DNA of 64,000 bases from the human T2T-CHM13v2.0 reference genome, Homo sapiens. Location: assembly GCF_009914755.1 (NCBI RefSeq), contig NC_060925.1; one strand, given 5' to 3'. The notes beneath the pieces were generated by a model. The model saw nothing but the letters and a program-made list of their open reading frames with translations. It did not search any database and had not been told where the DNA came from. The position numbers and the translations under genes were made by a program. Every line of letters starts with the position of its first letter. Position 1 is the first letter of the stretch. This document shows, one piece after another, positions 1 through 18,400 of this stretch.

Positions 1-299
1 CAACCATGATTCGGAGAGGCAGAAAAGCAAACACCAGGCTTTCCGAAAATGGTTGCTATGACCACAAACCTAAAGACAGACAGCTGCATGTTCATTTCTG
101 GGCCCCAACTGTACATATTATTGGTATTAGCATCAGCATTATCTTGGAATAGGGACAACGTCTTATATGAGGCATTCATTCAAAATGTTATTTAATTTAT
201 AAAACTTCCTTATGCTACTGCCAGGGGAAAAAATTATTAAGTAAATTCAGCTAAATTTCTGGAAATTTTATTTGCATACAATGTATACAAATAACAGCG

Positions 300-4460
<4,161 letters not shown>

Positions 4461-4614
4461 TAAACATAACGCAGAGTAAAAAGCAAAAGCCTTTTTCAGT
4501 CCTCCCCCAACCCTGCATCCCTCCCCAGATGTCACCAATACTACTGAGTTTGGGGTGCATTCTTCCATGTATAAATGGATAAAGAGACATATCCAAGCCC
4601 ATCATATATATTAG

Positions 4615-4750
4615 ATTAGTCCCATTTTGCAGATGAGCAAACTGCACCACACAGGGGTGGAAGTATTCGTCGAAGACCACATAGCTGGCAAGAGCTGGAG
4701 CTGAGGTTCAAATCCAGATCAGTCTGACTCAGAAGTCAGCACGCTGTCCT
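4615..4750 (-). mobile_element. MIR fragment
   Basis: cccattttgcagatgagcaaactg...ggttcaaatccagatcagtctgactc matches the reverse MIR core. Confidence 0.7.
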
Positions 4751-4869
4751 TTCGCTGAGTCCCGAGTGTAAAACCTTACTGAGGAAAAAAACCGAAGCTC
4801 ATAGAAGTCCCAGCAATCTGAACCACCACTGCCCAACACGGGAGAGGCAGGAGTGACTGAGTTTGCAGG

Positions 4870-5930
4870 GGAGGCTGCGTGGAGGGGAGAGCCTGGACCC
4901 ACGCGGATCGGGGGCCGCGGGTACCTCCGTCCAGGGCGCTTCCCTCCCGGACCAGCGGCTCTCCCAGGCCGCCTCGCTCCAGGCGCCCCTGGAGGCTGCC
5001 CCGCCTGTGCCGCGCCGCGCCGCGCCGTGTTCGCACCGCTCACCCGAGCGGCTCGGAGGCCCGGGTTGCTTAAGTCCCTAGTCTCAGCCGGGCACGAGGA
5101 CAGCGCCCGGGAGCGACTGCAGCCTCTGACCCCGGCTGGGCCAGCCCGGGCTGCTTAAGTCCCTAGTCTCGGCCGGGCACGAGGACAGCGCCCGGGAGCG
5201 ACTGCAGCCTCCGACCCCGGCTGGGCCAGCCCGGGCTTCAGCTCACGCAGCCGTCGGGGGGCGCCCGGCGCGCAGCCCGGGGTGGGTGGTCCTGGCGAGT
5301 GGGGCTGCGAGGCAGACCGGCCCCACCCCGGGGCCGCCGAGGGGCGCGGGCTGGGGCGCGTGGCGGGCGGGGCTGGGCGGGGGCGGGCGCGAGGGCGGAG
5401 TTGCGGCCGAGGCGGCCGTGACCGGAGCGCGGCTCAGGGGCCCCAGTGGCCGCCGCGGAGCGAGGTTGCCTGGAGAGAGCGCCTGGGCGCAGAAGGGTTA
5501 ACGGGCCACCGGGGGCTCGCAGAGCAGGTAGAGACCTCCCCGGGACCCCGGCCCCGGCCGCCCCTCTCCCGGGTCCCGTTAGACCGCCCGCCCCGCGCGC
5601 CCGCGTCGTCCCCTCTCCCTGCGCTGTGCGGTCGCGACCCCGCCACGACCCCGGACCCAGCTCCGGTGGCCTCGGACAATCTTCCAGCCCCTGGGGTCGA
5701 ATTCCTGGGGAGGGAGTCTGATCCCGTGGAACTCTGGCCCCATCACCCGGGCGGGGAGTGAACCAAAATTCCTCCTAAGTCACATAGTAAAGTTGGAAAA
5801 CAGACCCATGACCTCCCCGCGCGGCCGGTGCCTCCTGCCCTCTCTCTAGGAGGGTGCTCTCGGACGGTGTGTCCCCCACTGCACTCCTGAACTTGGAGGA
5901 CAGGGTCGCCGCGAGGGACGCAGGTGGGTG
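4870..5930 (+). promoter_or_regulatory. ADAMTSL4: CpG-island promoter of ADAMTSL4 with GC boxes and a G-quadruplex-capable tract (5341-5398)
   Basis: Very high GC and CpG density; several GGGCGG sites just upstream of non-coding exon 1. Confidence 0.85.
5059..5237. repeat. 85-bp tandem duplication (~2.1 copies)
   Basis: Unit starts at 5059, 5144 and 5229; the two full copies differ at 3 positions. Confidence 0.95.
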
Positions 5931-7642
5931 CCCTTGATCCAGCTCAGCCCGATGGCAGAAGAGGTTGACAAAAAAGAAAGACACCTGTTGGGGTGGCCTG
6001 CCAGACCCAGGAGTGGAGGGCTCTGAGGGCCCGGGAATTCGGACTCAGGACAGGGATTCTCCATGGCTAGGCCCAGAAACACAGGGTCCAACCACTCTCC
6101 AGCAGGGAGACCTGGGGGTGAAGGGGTGAGCCCTGCGCAGGTCTCTGTTCCTTGGTCTTCACTGGGCAGTGTGGAGAGGTGTGGCCAGGAGGAGCCCGCG
6201 TTTGTCCAGACCAGGGTCTACTCTGGCACCAGAGTGACCACCTCTGACCTCTCCTTTCCTCGTCCTGGGCCGGGAACGACACCAAATGAGGGACATGGAA
6301 AGGGGTGAGAAGCATAAATGTGCGTGTGTTTCTGCAGAGGAGGGGGCATGGGCCCCTGCCGGGCTGCGCAGGGGAGGGTGGGGTGGGACTTTTCCAGAGA
6401 GGGAGCCAGGCCTGGCCCGGGCCCCGGGAGCTCACGTCACCCCCACCCCTCACTCTCCAGGGAACTGCCAAAGCCAAACCCAGCTCGGGATGGGATTATG
6501 TGTACTGGGTAGACCCGTGGAGAGGGGCTGCGAGAAGAGATCTCGGTGGCAGAGAGAAGCAGAGGCAGAGAGGGCATGAAGAGGGGTCGGCATCAGAGAA
6601 GGGGCAGGCAGTGACTATCACCCCATTTCTTCTTCCCTCAGCTGGAGTAACAAGAGTCAGGCAGAGCCTGAAGACTTGGGTGGAACATGGGCCCTTCTCT
6701 GGAGATCCTGGCCTCCCCCGTTCAGTCAGGGTGGAGTTGCTGACCTTAGTGGCCGGCCCAGCCAGGGGAAGGAGTGGCCATCGGCAACCCCCACCCCAAC
6801 CCCAATCCCTGAGGCGCCCGCTCTGGCTCAGCCACTCTGACCCCTCCCTCAAATTCCGAACCCTAGGTCTCAGGGAGGGCAGTGGGGCTGAGTGTCTGCC
6901 CCCAGGCACATTCCTACCCTTCTCTTGGTCATTTTCTGCCCCAGAGCTGGCCCACCTCAGCAATGCGAGGGCTCCCTGGATTCCTCTCCCGGGTGCCTTT
7001 CAGATCCAACAGAAACAGATTTTTTTTTTCCTGGAAAGCAGAACTAAGAGTGGGATGAGGAGCAGGGGTGGGAAGGACTCAAAGTGAGAAGAAGGGGGCA
7101 AAGAGAGTCAGGCTTGGTGGCTGGGGTGGCTTCCAAGCCTCACTTCTCCAGTGTTCAAAGCTGAACTTCAGATGGACTTCCCGGCTCTTCAGAATGAGAG
7201 GCCTGTGGCTGGGGCATGAGGCAGCCCCGGCTGCACCTCTCCTTCCCGCTTCCCCAGCTGGTAGAGACGCACAGGAAACAAGCCCTCACTGAACCAACTC
7301 CAGATGCTGGCACCCAGAGTGGGTGTTACATTGCCGGCTTCTTCTCTAGAGATTAAACCGTCAACCCATTTAGCTTATCCCTTGGCCAAAAAGTGTATGA
7401 GATGTGCCTGGATGTTCCCTAAAGAGCTTATCTAAGAAGGGAAGAGAAAGCCGGGAGGCAAGTAGGACAGAGAGATGACTGGGGAAGGTCTTGTGTCTGG
7501 AAGACCCAAGGAAGGGGCTTCTGGTGGGTCCTCAGAGAGAGTGTCTGGCGCATCCTCAGTGGAGCCTTCCTCCTCTACTTTCTAGGCACCTCTGGGAGGG
7601 CAGGAGTGGGAGCAGATGACAACCATTTTAGAAGGAGCCCTC

Positions 7643-7933
7643 TGGCTGGGTGCGGTGGCTCACACCTGTCATCCCAGCACTTTGGGAGGCCAAGGCAGGA
7701 GAAGCGCTTGAGGCCTGGAGTTCAAGACCAGCCTGTGCAATTTAGCTGGATCCCATCTCCACCAAAAAATACCAAAATTAGCTGGGTGTGGTGGTGCACG
7801 CATGTAGTCCCACCTACTCAGGAGGCTGAGGAAGGAGAGCCTGTGAGTTTGAGGCTGCAATGAGCTTTGGTGGCACCACTGCCCTCCAGCCTGGATGACA
7901 GAGTGAGATCTCCATCTCAAAAAAAAAAAAAAA
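7643..7933 (+). mobile_element. AluJ-like element, ADAMTSL4 intron 2
   Basis: Diverged Alu dimer with A-tail. Confidence 0.85.
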
Positions 7934-7955
7934 GCCTTTTGTGTGTGCCTGAGCC

Positions 7956-8041
7956 GGCTTAGAAACAGTCCCTAGGTAGGATTTGGGGAGGAGCTAAGAA
8001 GCCCCTACAGGGCCCAGAGGTGGGGACTGAGCCTTAGTTGG
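7956..8041 (+). ncRNA. MIR4257: MIR4257 precursor (mature CCAGAGGUGGGGACUGAG at 8014-8031)
   Basis: Matches the recalled hsa-mir-4257 sequence; cagtcc and ggactg arms can pair. Status as a genuine miRNA is uncertain. Confidence 0.75.
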
Positions 8042-8315
8042 AGGGCTGAGGTCAGCCCCTGACCATGTAGCCTCTACAGATGGACAAGGCAGTGATCCTC
8101 CCTGCTCCCACCCTGAGGATCCTAAAGGGATGGACCAGTTTCACCCCCTCCTCCATATTCTCTGAGCTGTCCTCCCAGCCCCAAGCTCTCTGGACACTGG
8201 AGAGGTAACCACCAGGCTTCTGTCCCTGCAGAGAGCACCCTCCACGCCCAGATGCCTGCGTAGTTTTTGTGACCAGTCCGCTCCTGCCTCCCCCTGGGGC
8301 AGTAGAGGGGGAGCG

Positions 8316-8335
8316 ATGGAGAACTGGACTGGCAG
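8316..8335 (+). CDS. ADAMTSL4: ADAMTSL4 first coding exon (MENWTG)
   Basis: gcgATGG strong Kozak context; donor AG|gtgaga. Confidence 0.93.
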
Positions 8336-8450
8336 GTGAGAGAAGGGGCCACGGGTTGGGGGGGAGGAAAAGGGGAGGTGCTGGGATGGCTCTGTGTCTG
8401 GAAGTGAGGGAAAGGGGACCACTGGGAGAGGCAGGGGAAGTGATGAGTAA

Positions 8451-8840
<390 letters not shown>

Positions 8841-8924
8841 TGAGCCTCAGTGTTGGTCTACATGGACACTCTGGACAGTTCCCTCTAATCCTTCCAATTC
8901 TGTCTGACCTTTTTCTCTATATAG

Positions 8925-9281
<357 letters not shown>

Positions 9282-9390
9282 TGAGAGGCCTGGGTGGAAG
9301 AGGTGGGCCTTGGGCAAGGTGGGGGCTTAGCATGAAGGAAAGGGGAGCACGGGTGGCTTCAGAGGGCTTGTCTTTGGTGCCAGGAAGTAA

Positions 9391-10206
<816 letters not shown>

Positions 10207-10391
10207 TGAAGCTGGGTCTTCAGCTTCCGCTTGGCACCTGAGGGAGAAGGGCCTTGGCATCTGACCACCTCAGGGCAGGGGTCTTGGAGCTCTTCCGCTG
10301 ACCTGAGCCTCCCACCTGCTCCCCAGGTTCAGCCCTGACCCTACCCTCATTTTGCTCCCCAGCTCTGACTCCTTTGTACCCCTCACCGCAG

Positions 10392-10494
10392 CCCTGCCCC
10401 CCTGAGCAGCCAGACCCCCGGGCCCTGCAGTGCGCAGCCTTTAACTCCCAGGAATTCATGGGCCAGCTGTATCAGTGGGAGCCCTTCACTGAAG
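10392..10494 (+). CDS. ADAMTSL4: ADAMTSL4 exon ([14 protein letters not shown]...WEPFTE)
   Basis: cgcag| ... |gtgagg. Confidence 0.95.
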
Positions 10495-10592
10495 GTGAGG
10501 TTTCTTGCTCACCCCTGGGCAGTGGTGGCTTGGAATTGGGGATGAAGGGGAGAGGAGATACCTGCTTACTCCCAGCCCTGAATGACTTCCAG

Positions 10593-10661
10593 CCCCTCTG
10601 CTTCCCCTGCGCCATGCCTTCTTTCTTCTCCCTGGGGCTGGGTCAGGAGACAGCACAGGTG
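10593..10661 (+). CDS. ADAMTSL4: ADAMTSL4 alternative 69-nt cassette exon ([23 protein letters not shown])
   Basis: ttccag| ... |gtgagt; phase 1-1, stop-free; gives 1097 aa, matching a recalled longer isoform. Confidence 0.7.
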
Positions 10662-11007
10662 GTGAGTGGTCTGCAGAAGGGTCGGGGTGGGAGGAGGAGG
10701 TGTGGGAGACACGCTTTGTCCGGACTCCCCTGGGAAGGCCATCACTGGGGGTCAGGTGGCTGTGACACAAGAGGGCCATGGTGGGAGAGATCCTGTCCAG
10801 CCGTGACAGCCAGGTGGGGGTGTGCCACGCATCCTGGGCACTATCGTATCGGTTGCTCCCAGGTTACCATCCGCTTCATTTTAGGCCTGTGTTAACTTGA
10901 CACCAGGATAAGCACTCAAGAGCTCTGAACACACAGAATCATGGGCATCAGGGATTGCTCCTCTCTCAGTTCAGAGTCCCCTTGATGGTCTCGGTGACCT
11001 CAACTGA

Positions 11008-11922
<915 letters not shown>

Positions 11923-12145
11923 ATTTGCACAGTCTCAATTCAACAACAAAACACCATACTGAGATCACTGAGGGAGAATTCTCACCTGCCAAGCTGCGCT
12001 GAGCAGAGCCTGAAGGATCTGATCGGGCACCTGTCCATGTCCCTGGGTCTGGCTGGGGATGGTGGGGCTGTTTTTGTGCTCTCACTTGTGGCACAAAAAG
12101 CAGGGTAGTGAGCTGAGGCTCCCGAGGGGACCGGGGTGGGGTTGA

Positions 12146-12499
<354 letters not shown>

Positions 12500-12652
12500 T
12501 AGCCCCTCCCCTCGTGGAAGGAGTGAGGAAGCTGAGAGGGCTTGGGGGGATCTTAGGTTCTGGTGGGAGCTTCTATAGGCTAAGGACACGGTGTGGGAGG
12601 AGGAAGGTATTATCACCCTGGAATTTCCCGATCTCTCACCTCTGACCCGCAG

Positions 12653-12825
12653 CACTTCGTGGCCCTGGGGGCCGGTCCATCATCAATGGGAACTGGGCTG
12701 TGGATCCCCCTGGGTCCTACAGGGCCGGCGGGACCGTCTTTCGATATAACCGTCCTCCCAGGGAGGAGGGCAAAGGGGAGAGTCTGTCGGCTGAAGGCCC
12801 CACCACCCAGCCTGTGGATGTCTAT
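12653..12825 (+). CDS. ADAMTSL4: ADAMTSL4 exon, spacer domain
   Basis: cgcag| ... |gtgagc; INGNW...AGGTVFRY...GPTTQPV. Confidence 0.95.
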
Positions 12826-12972
12826 GTGAGCCTGGGGCCAGGGGCAGCTGAATGCTGGGGAGGGAGGCTGTTCCCTCTAAGGGCAGAGCTGTGGTTGTCA
12901 AGATGGGAGAGAGAGCTGGTGGCATCCTCTTCTGGCCACCCCCACATATTCATTATCTTCTCTTCTCCCCAG

Positions 12973-13084
12973 ATGATCTTTCAGGAGGAAAACCCAGGCG
13001 TTTTTTATCAGTATGTCATCTCTTCACCTCCTCCAATCCTTGAGAACCCCACCCCAGAGCCCCCTGTCCCCCAGCTTCAGCCGG
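12973..13084 (+). CDS. ADAMTSL4: ADAMTSL4 exon ([14 protein letters not shown])
   Basis: cccag| ... |gtaaga. Confidence 0.95.
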
Positions 13085-13183
13085 GTAAGACTCTGACCCC
13101 TGCACTTGGAAGGAGGAGGGAGAGGCTGCAGGGCTGGCTCGGGGCAGTGGGGTGGCATCTGATTCGCCTGCTCCCCTGCACAG

Positions 13184-13369
13184 AGATTCTGAGGGTGGAG
13201 CCCCCACTTGCTCCGGCACCCCGCCCAGCCCGGACCCCAGGCACCCTCCAGCGTCAGGTGCGGATCCCCCAGATGCCCGCCCCGCCCCATCCCAGGACAC
13301 CCCTGGGGTCTCCAGCTGCGTACTGGAAACGAGTGGGACACTCTGCATGCTCAGCGTCCTGCGGGAAAG
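13184..13369 (+). CDS. ADAMTSL4: ADAMTSL4 exon (...[16 protein letters not shown])
   Basis: cacag| ... |gtgaga. Confidence 0.95.
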
Positions 13370-13478
13370 GTGAGACATCACAGTGCGTTCCCCGCATCTC
13401 GGTCCAAACCCCCCAACTGACACTCCCGCATCCTGGATTGTGGGGCCACGCCCGACCCTGCGTCTGGGACACCACTGA

Positions 13479-13657
<179 letters not shown>

Positions 13658-13978
13658 GTGAGTATGGGGGAGCCCACGGGGAGGGTTAGGGTACTGGAAA
13701 CACAGCAGTTGCCCCCAGAATCTTACCTGAACTCTGCACTCAACGCAACATCTCCTGGCTGCAGAGAGACAACATTAGATTAGAAAGGCAGACATTCGGT
13801 AGGCAGCAAGAAAGCCATGGCAGGCTGAGCCCCCCAGGAACCCAGACTCCAAACGCCAAACGTGCCCACTCTCCTCTGAGGCCCCCACGTCCAGTGTGTC
13901 TTCCATCTCTGCTGCCACGGCAGCCCCACACATCTCATCTATGTCTCCGCCTCTTCCCTGCCCTGCTGGTGCCTGCAG

Positions 13979-14183
13979 CTGGGAGGCTGGCGAGTGGACA
14001 TCCTGCAGCCGCTCCTGTGGCCCCGGCACCCAGCACCGCCAGCTGCAGTGCCGGCAGGAATTTGGGGGGGGTGGCTCCTCGGTGCCCCCGGAGCGCTGTG
14101 GACATCTCCCCCGGCCCAACATCACCCAGTCTTGCCAGCTGCGCCTCTGTGGCCATTGGGAAGTTGGCTCTCCTTGGAGCCAG
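13979..14183 (+). CDS. ADAMTSL4: ADAMTSL4 exon, TSR ([16 protein letters not shown])
   Basis: tgcag| ... |gtgagt. Confidence 0.96.
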
Positions 14184-14506
14184 GTGAGTTTGCCCAGGCA
14201 AGGAGGTGCTGGGGAGGGGAATGGGCACAGGTGAACAACAGCAGTGGTTTTTCAACTTCTTTTTCATCAGCAGAAACTATTTACAAACAGGGTTTCATAT
14301 GGACCCCCAATATAGAAGTCAGATAAGGGACTGAACCAGGGACTGGGGGCCCAGGGCCCTAGGGCTCAGCCTCCTCCTCAGCCCACGAAGCCATGTGACT
14401 GCTGGGCTGGGGATCGAAGGCAGAGCCTGGTTCTGAAGCCTAGAGCTGGAAGCTGGCTGAGAAGGTCTGGGAAGCCCAGCTCCCTGGATTCCCCTCGCCC
14501 CCTCAG

Positions 14507-14683
14507 TGCTCCGTGCGGTGCGGCCGGGGCCAGAGAAGCCGGCAGGTTCGCTGTGTTGGGAACAACGGTGATGAAGTGAGCGAGCAGGAGTGTGCGTCAG
14601 GCCCCCCACAGCCCCCCAGCAGAGAGGCCTGTGACATGGGGCCCTGTACTACTGCCTGGTTCCACAGCGACTGGAGCTCCAAG
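14507..14683 (+). CDS. ADAMTSL4: ADAMTSL4 exon, TSR (CSVRCGRG...WFHSDWSSK)
   Basis: ctcag| ... |gtgagc. Confidence 0.96.
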
Positions 14684-14758
14684 GTGAGCCCGGAACCCCC
14701 AGCCATATCCTGCATCCTGGGTAACCATGCCCAGGACACCTCAGCCTTTCCAGCATAG
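14684..14758 (+). CDS. ADAMTSL4: Intron read-through C-terminus of the short ADAMTSL4 isoform (VSPEPP...SAFPA*, 877 aa total)
   Basis: In-frame 24 codons to TAG, then AATAAA at 14762-14767. Confidence 0.8.
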   Translation: MSPEPPAISCILGNHAQDTSAFPA

Positions 14759-14839
14759 CTCAATAAACTTGTATTGATCAAGCGCCTGCTATATGCCTGA
14801 CCCTGGGAACTCAGAGATAAGTGAGAACAACTTCCATGA

Positions 14840-15205
<366 letters not shown>

Positions 15206-15320
15206 TGAGCGCCTGCTGAGAGCAGGAAGGGGGTGCCAGTCCCAGTGGGATTCCTTGTGGGCACTTGGGGTGCTCTCTGTCCTCCCCTCCCCTCATCACC
15301 CTGCCCTCCCCCTACACTAG

Positions 15321-15545
<225 letters not shown>

Positions 15546-15794
15546 TAGGGGAGGGGAGCTCCTCTCGCTGTACCCCCTCCAGGTCTCTCTGTGCCCCAGA
15601 ATAAGCCCAGCCAAGCGTTACCACTGTCCTACTTCTTATAGACTTGGAGGAAAGATGGGCCCTCTCCATTTGGGATTTCACAATGTCCTAGGAGGGTCCC
15701 CACCACCACCTTTTGGGGAGAGAGGTGGCAGCCAGGGGTTAAGGAGAATCCCGGGCCTGGCAAAGGTCTGATATGATGGCTGGGGTCGCCCCAG

Positions 15795-15939
15795 TGTTCT
15801 CGCTCCTGCCAAGGGGGAACGCAGACACGGGAGGTCCAGTGCCTGAGCACCAACCAGACCCTCAGCACCCGATGCCCTCCTCAACTGCGGCCCTCCAGGA
15901 AGCGCCCCTGTAACAGCCAACCCTGCAGCCAGCGCCCTG
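15795..15939 (+). CDS. ADAMTSL4: ADAMTSL4 exon, TSR (CSRSCQGG...)
   Basis: cccag| ... |gtaaag. Confidence 0.95.
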
Positions 15940-16059
15940 GTAAAGAGCCCCCTCTCCCCAATCCCCAATACAGTGGATTAGCTGAAGTATGGGAGGAGAT
16001 GAGAAAGGACCAGTGGGAATGGGCAGCACACCCATTCCCAGACGGGTGGGTCCTGGTGA

Positions 16060-16230
<171 letters not shown>

Positions 16231-16919
16231 AAGGGGTCCGGGGCACCTTCACGGTTTTCTGTGCCACCATCGGTCACCCATTGATCGGCCCACTCTGAAC
16301 CCCCTGGCTCTCCAGCCTGTCCCAGTCTCAGCAGGGATGTCCTCCAGGTGACAGAGGGTGGCAAGGTGACTGACACAAAGTGACTTTCAGGGCTGTGGTC
16401 AGGCCCATGTGGTGGTGTGATGGGTGTGTGCACATATGCCTCAGGTGTGCTTTTGGGACTGCATGGATATGTGTGTGCTCAAACGTGTATCACTTTTCAA
16501 AAAGAGGTTACACAGACTGAGAAGGACAAGACCTGTTTCCTTGAGACTTTCCTAGGTGGAAAGGAAAGCAAGTCTGCAGTTCCTTGCTAATCTGAGCTAC
16601 TTAGAGTGTGGTCTCCCCACCAACTCCAGTTTTGTGCCCTAAGCCTCATTTCTCATGTTCAGACCTCACATCTTCTAAGCCGCCCTGTGTCTCTGACCCC
16701 TTCTCATTTGCCTAGTATCTCTGCCCCTGCCTCCCTAATTAGCTAGGGCTGGGGTCAGCCACTGCCAATCCTGCCTTACTCAGGAAGGCAGGAGGAAAGA
16801 GACTGCCTCTCCAGAGCAAGGCCCAGCTGGGCAGAGGGTGAAAAAGAGAAATGTGAGCATCCGCTCCCCCACCACCCCGCCCAGCCCCTAGCCCCACTCC
16901 CTGCCTCCTGAAATGGTTC

Positions 16920-17520
16920 CCACCCAGAACTAATTTATTTTTTATTAAAGATGGTCATGACAAATGAGAAATGAGCTCTTCCTTGTCGGCTATGGACCCC
17001 TCAGCAGTGTGAAGGCAGAAGGTAGGGTGGGCAGGGGAACAGCATTAGAGCCCAGGAGAGTTTGGGTCAGAGAATCCCCGCCAGCCCCAGGCCCTGCAGG
17101 CTGGTCATGGGCCACTAGAGGTCACCAGTTCTCCCATTTGAGGTGTGGGGCGCTGGGTTCCAGAGCTGAAGGAAGGGCTGCGCGGCCGCGGTGCGCTTTT
17201 TGGTGGGTCGAGTCTCTCTGGGAAGTCTCCGGGTATCTGCGCCTTTCCGCTGGGGCCTGAGCGAAGGGCAGTTGGCTTGTCGAAGCTCTTTTTTCCTGTT
17301 CCCTTTCTCTAGCCCTGCCTTCTGTCTCCCTTTCTGCCGTACGCATATCCCTACGCTCTGGGGCTTCTTCTGGGGTGGGGAAAGGGAAGGGATTCCTGCC
17401 CCGAGCCCTTCCCCTGGAGGAGGAGGAGCCCGGCCCGGCTCCAGGGCCCTGGGCGGGGCTGAGGGAGGAGCGGGGCAGCACTGGATGTCCTGCCAAAGCC
17501 ACATTCCTCAGAGATGGCTC
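16920..17520 (-). ncRNA. ADAMTSL4-AS1: 3' part of ADAMTSL4-AS1 (C1orf138); contains the 129-aa putative ORF 17115-17504
   Basis: ORF MWLWQDIQCC... recalled as the putative C1orf138 product; minus-strand AATAAA at 16934-16939 and 16941-16946. The 5' structure cannot be read from sequence. Confidence 0.6.
16944..16949 (+). terminator. ADAMTSL4: ADAMTSL4 polyA signal ATTAAA
   Basis: First canonical-class hexamer seen after the stop, in a U-rich context. Confidence 0.8.
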
Positions 17521-18400
17521 AGCCTGGCCTCCTTCCTCCTCCTACTCGCTTCTCTCAAGGTAGAGAACTTGCTAGAGGCGGCCTGAGAGGGGCAGGCCTT
17601 TGCCATCACATCCTCTCCCAGACCCCTGCCATTCGGAGACTGAGGCCGAGTCTCTCCTGGAAGCCGGGCTGCCCAGGAGGGGCGGTGCCGCAGGAGCGCC
17701 CCCGCTCGCGACTCCACAAGCCCAGCTGAGCACGGCCGGGAATACGGGGCCTGCGGAAACAGTGAACTCAGTGGCTGCTGTTTTCTGAGCACCTGAACCC
17801 TGTGGGGGACGACAGAGTTGCCCGAGGCGGCAGGATGTCCCCACACTCGCGGTCCCCCGCACATCTTCCTGTTGCTTTGGGACTCGGGCTTTCTCTGGGT
17901 TGAAAGTGGCTGAGAAGGAAGAATTCGGACATCTTAAGAGGAGAGCGAGTGGGGAAGGAGGCAAAAGGGAATGGAGAAGGAAGATAAAACTGACGTCAGC
18001 CCAGGGCAGGGAGCGAGGAAAGGGGGCCACAAGGAAAGCCCAGTTCCAACGTCTCTGCTGAGCCTAAAGAGGCCTCAGCAGGGAATCACAGATGTGGGGG
18101 GCCAGGGAAACGGGATCCGAGCCCGCCCAGTAGGTATAGAAGGCCGAAGGCAGAGTCCTGAGACCCAGGGAGGGGTGGGGTGGAGGCTGGGGCCCTCCCA
18201 GCGATTCCTGGAAGCCCAGAGCTGGGCGGTGCCGGCTCAGCTGACTTCCCCGAAGCTCCCCTCCCTCTGCTCAGGGCTGTTGCTGGGCAGGTTTGGCGTT
18301 TGCCCTGAGCCTGAGAACCAATCGCAGGTGGAGGTGCGGTCGCAGCCCCTCGCAGGGCTCCCCGGCTTCAGCACCCCCTTTCTCTTTCTGCCCGCCCATG
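17150..18400. promoter_or_regulatory. CpG-rich intergenic promoter/enhancer island
   Basis: Raised CpG, GC boxes, full CRE TGACGTCA at 17991-17998, CCAAT near 18318. Confidence 0.6.

Noticed and set aside
6305-7087. 260-aa ORF in ADAMTSL4 intron 2
   Set aside because: Non-ATG start, no recognisable domain, GC-rich; only its splice acceptor is kept as a finding
17115-17504. 129-aa C1orf138 ORF as a real CDS
   Set aside because: Low complexity and no domain; treated as part of a lncRNA
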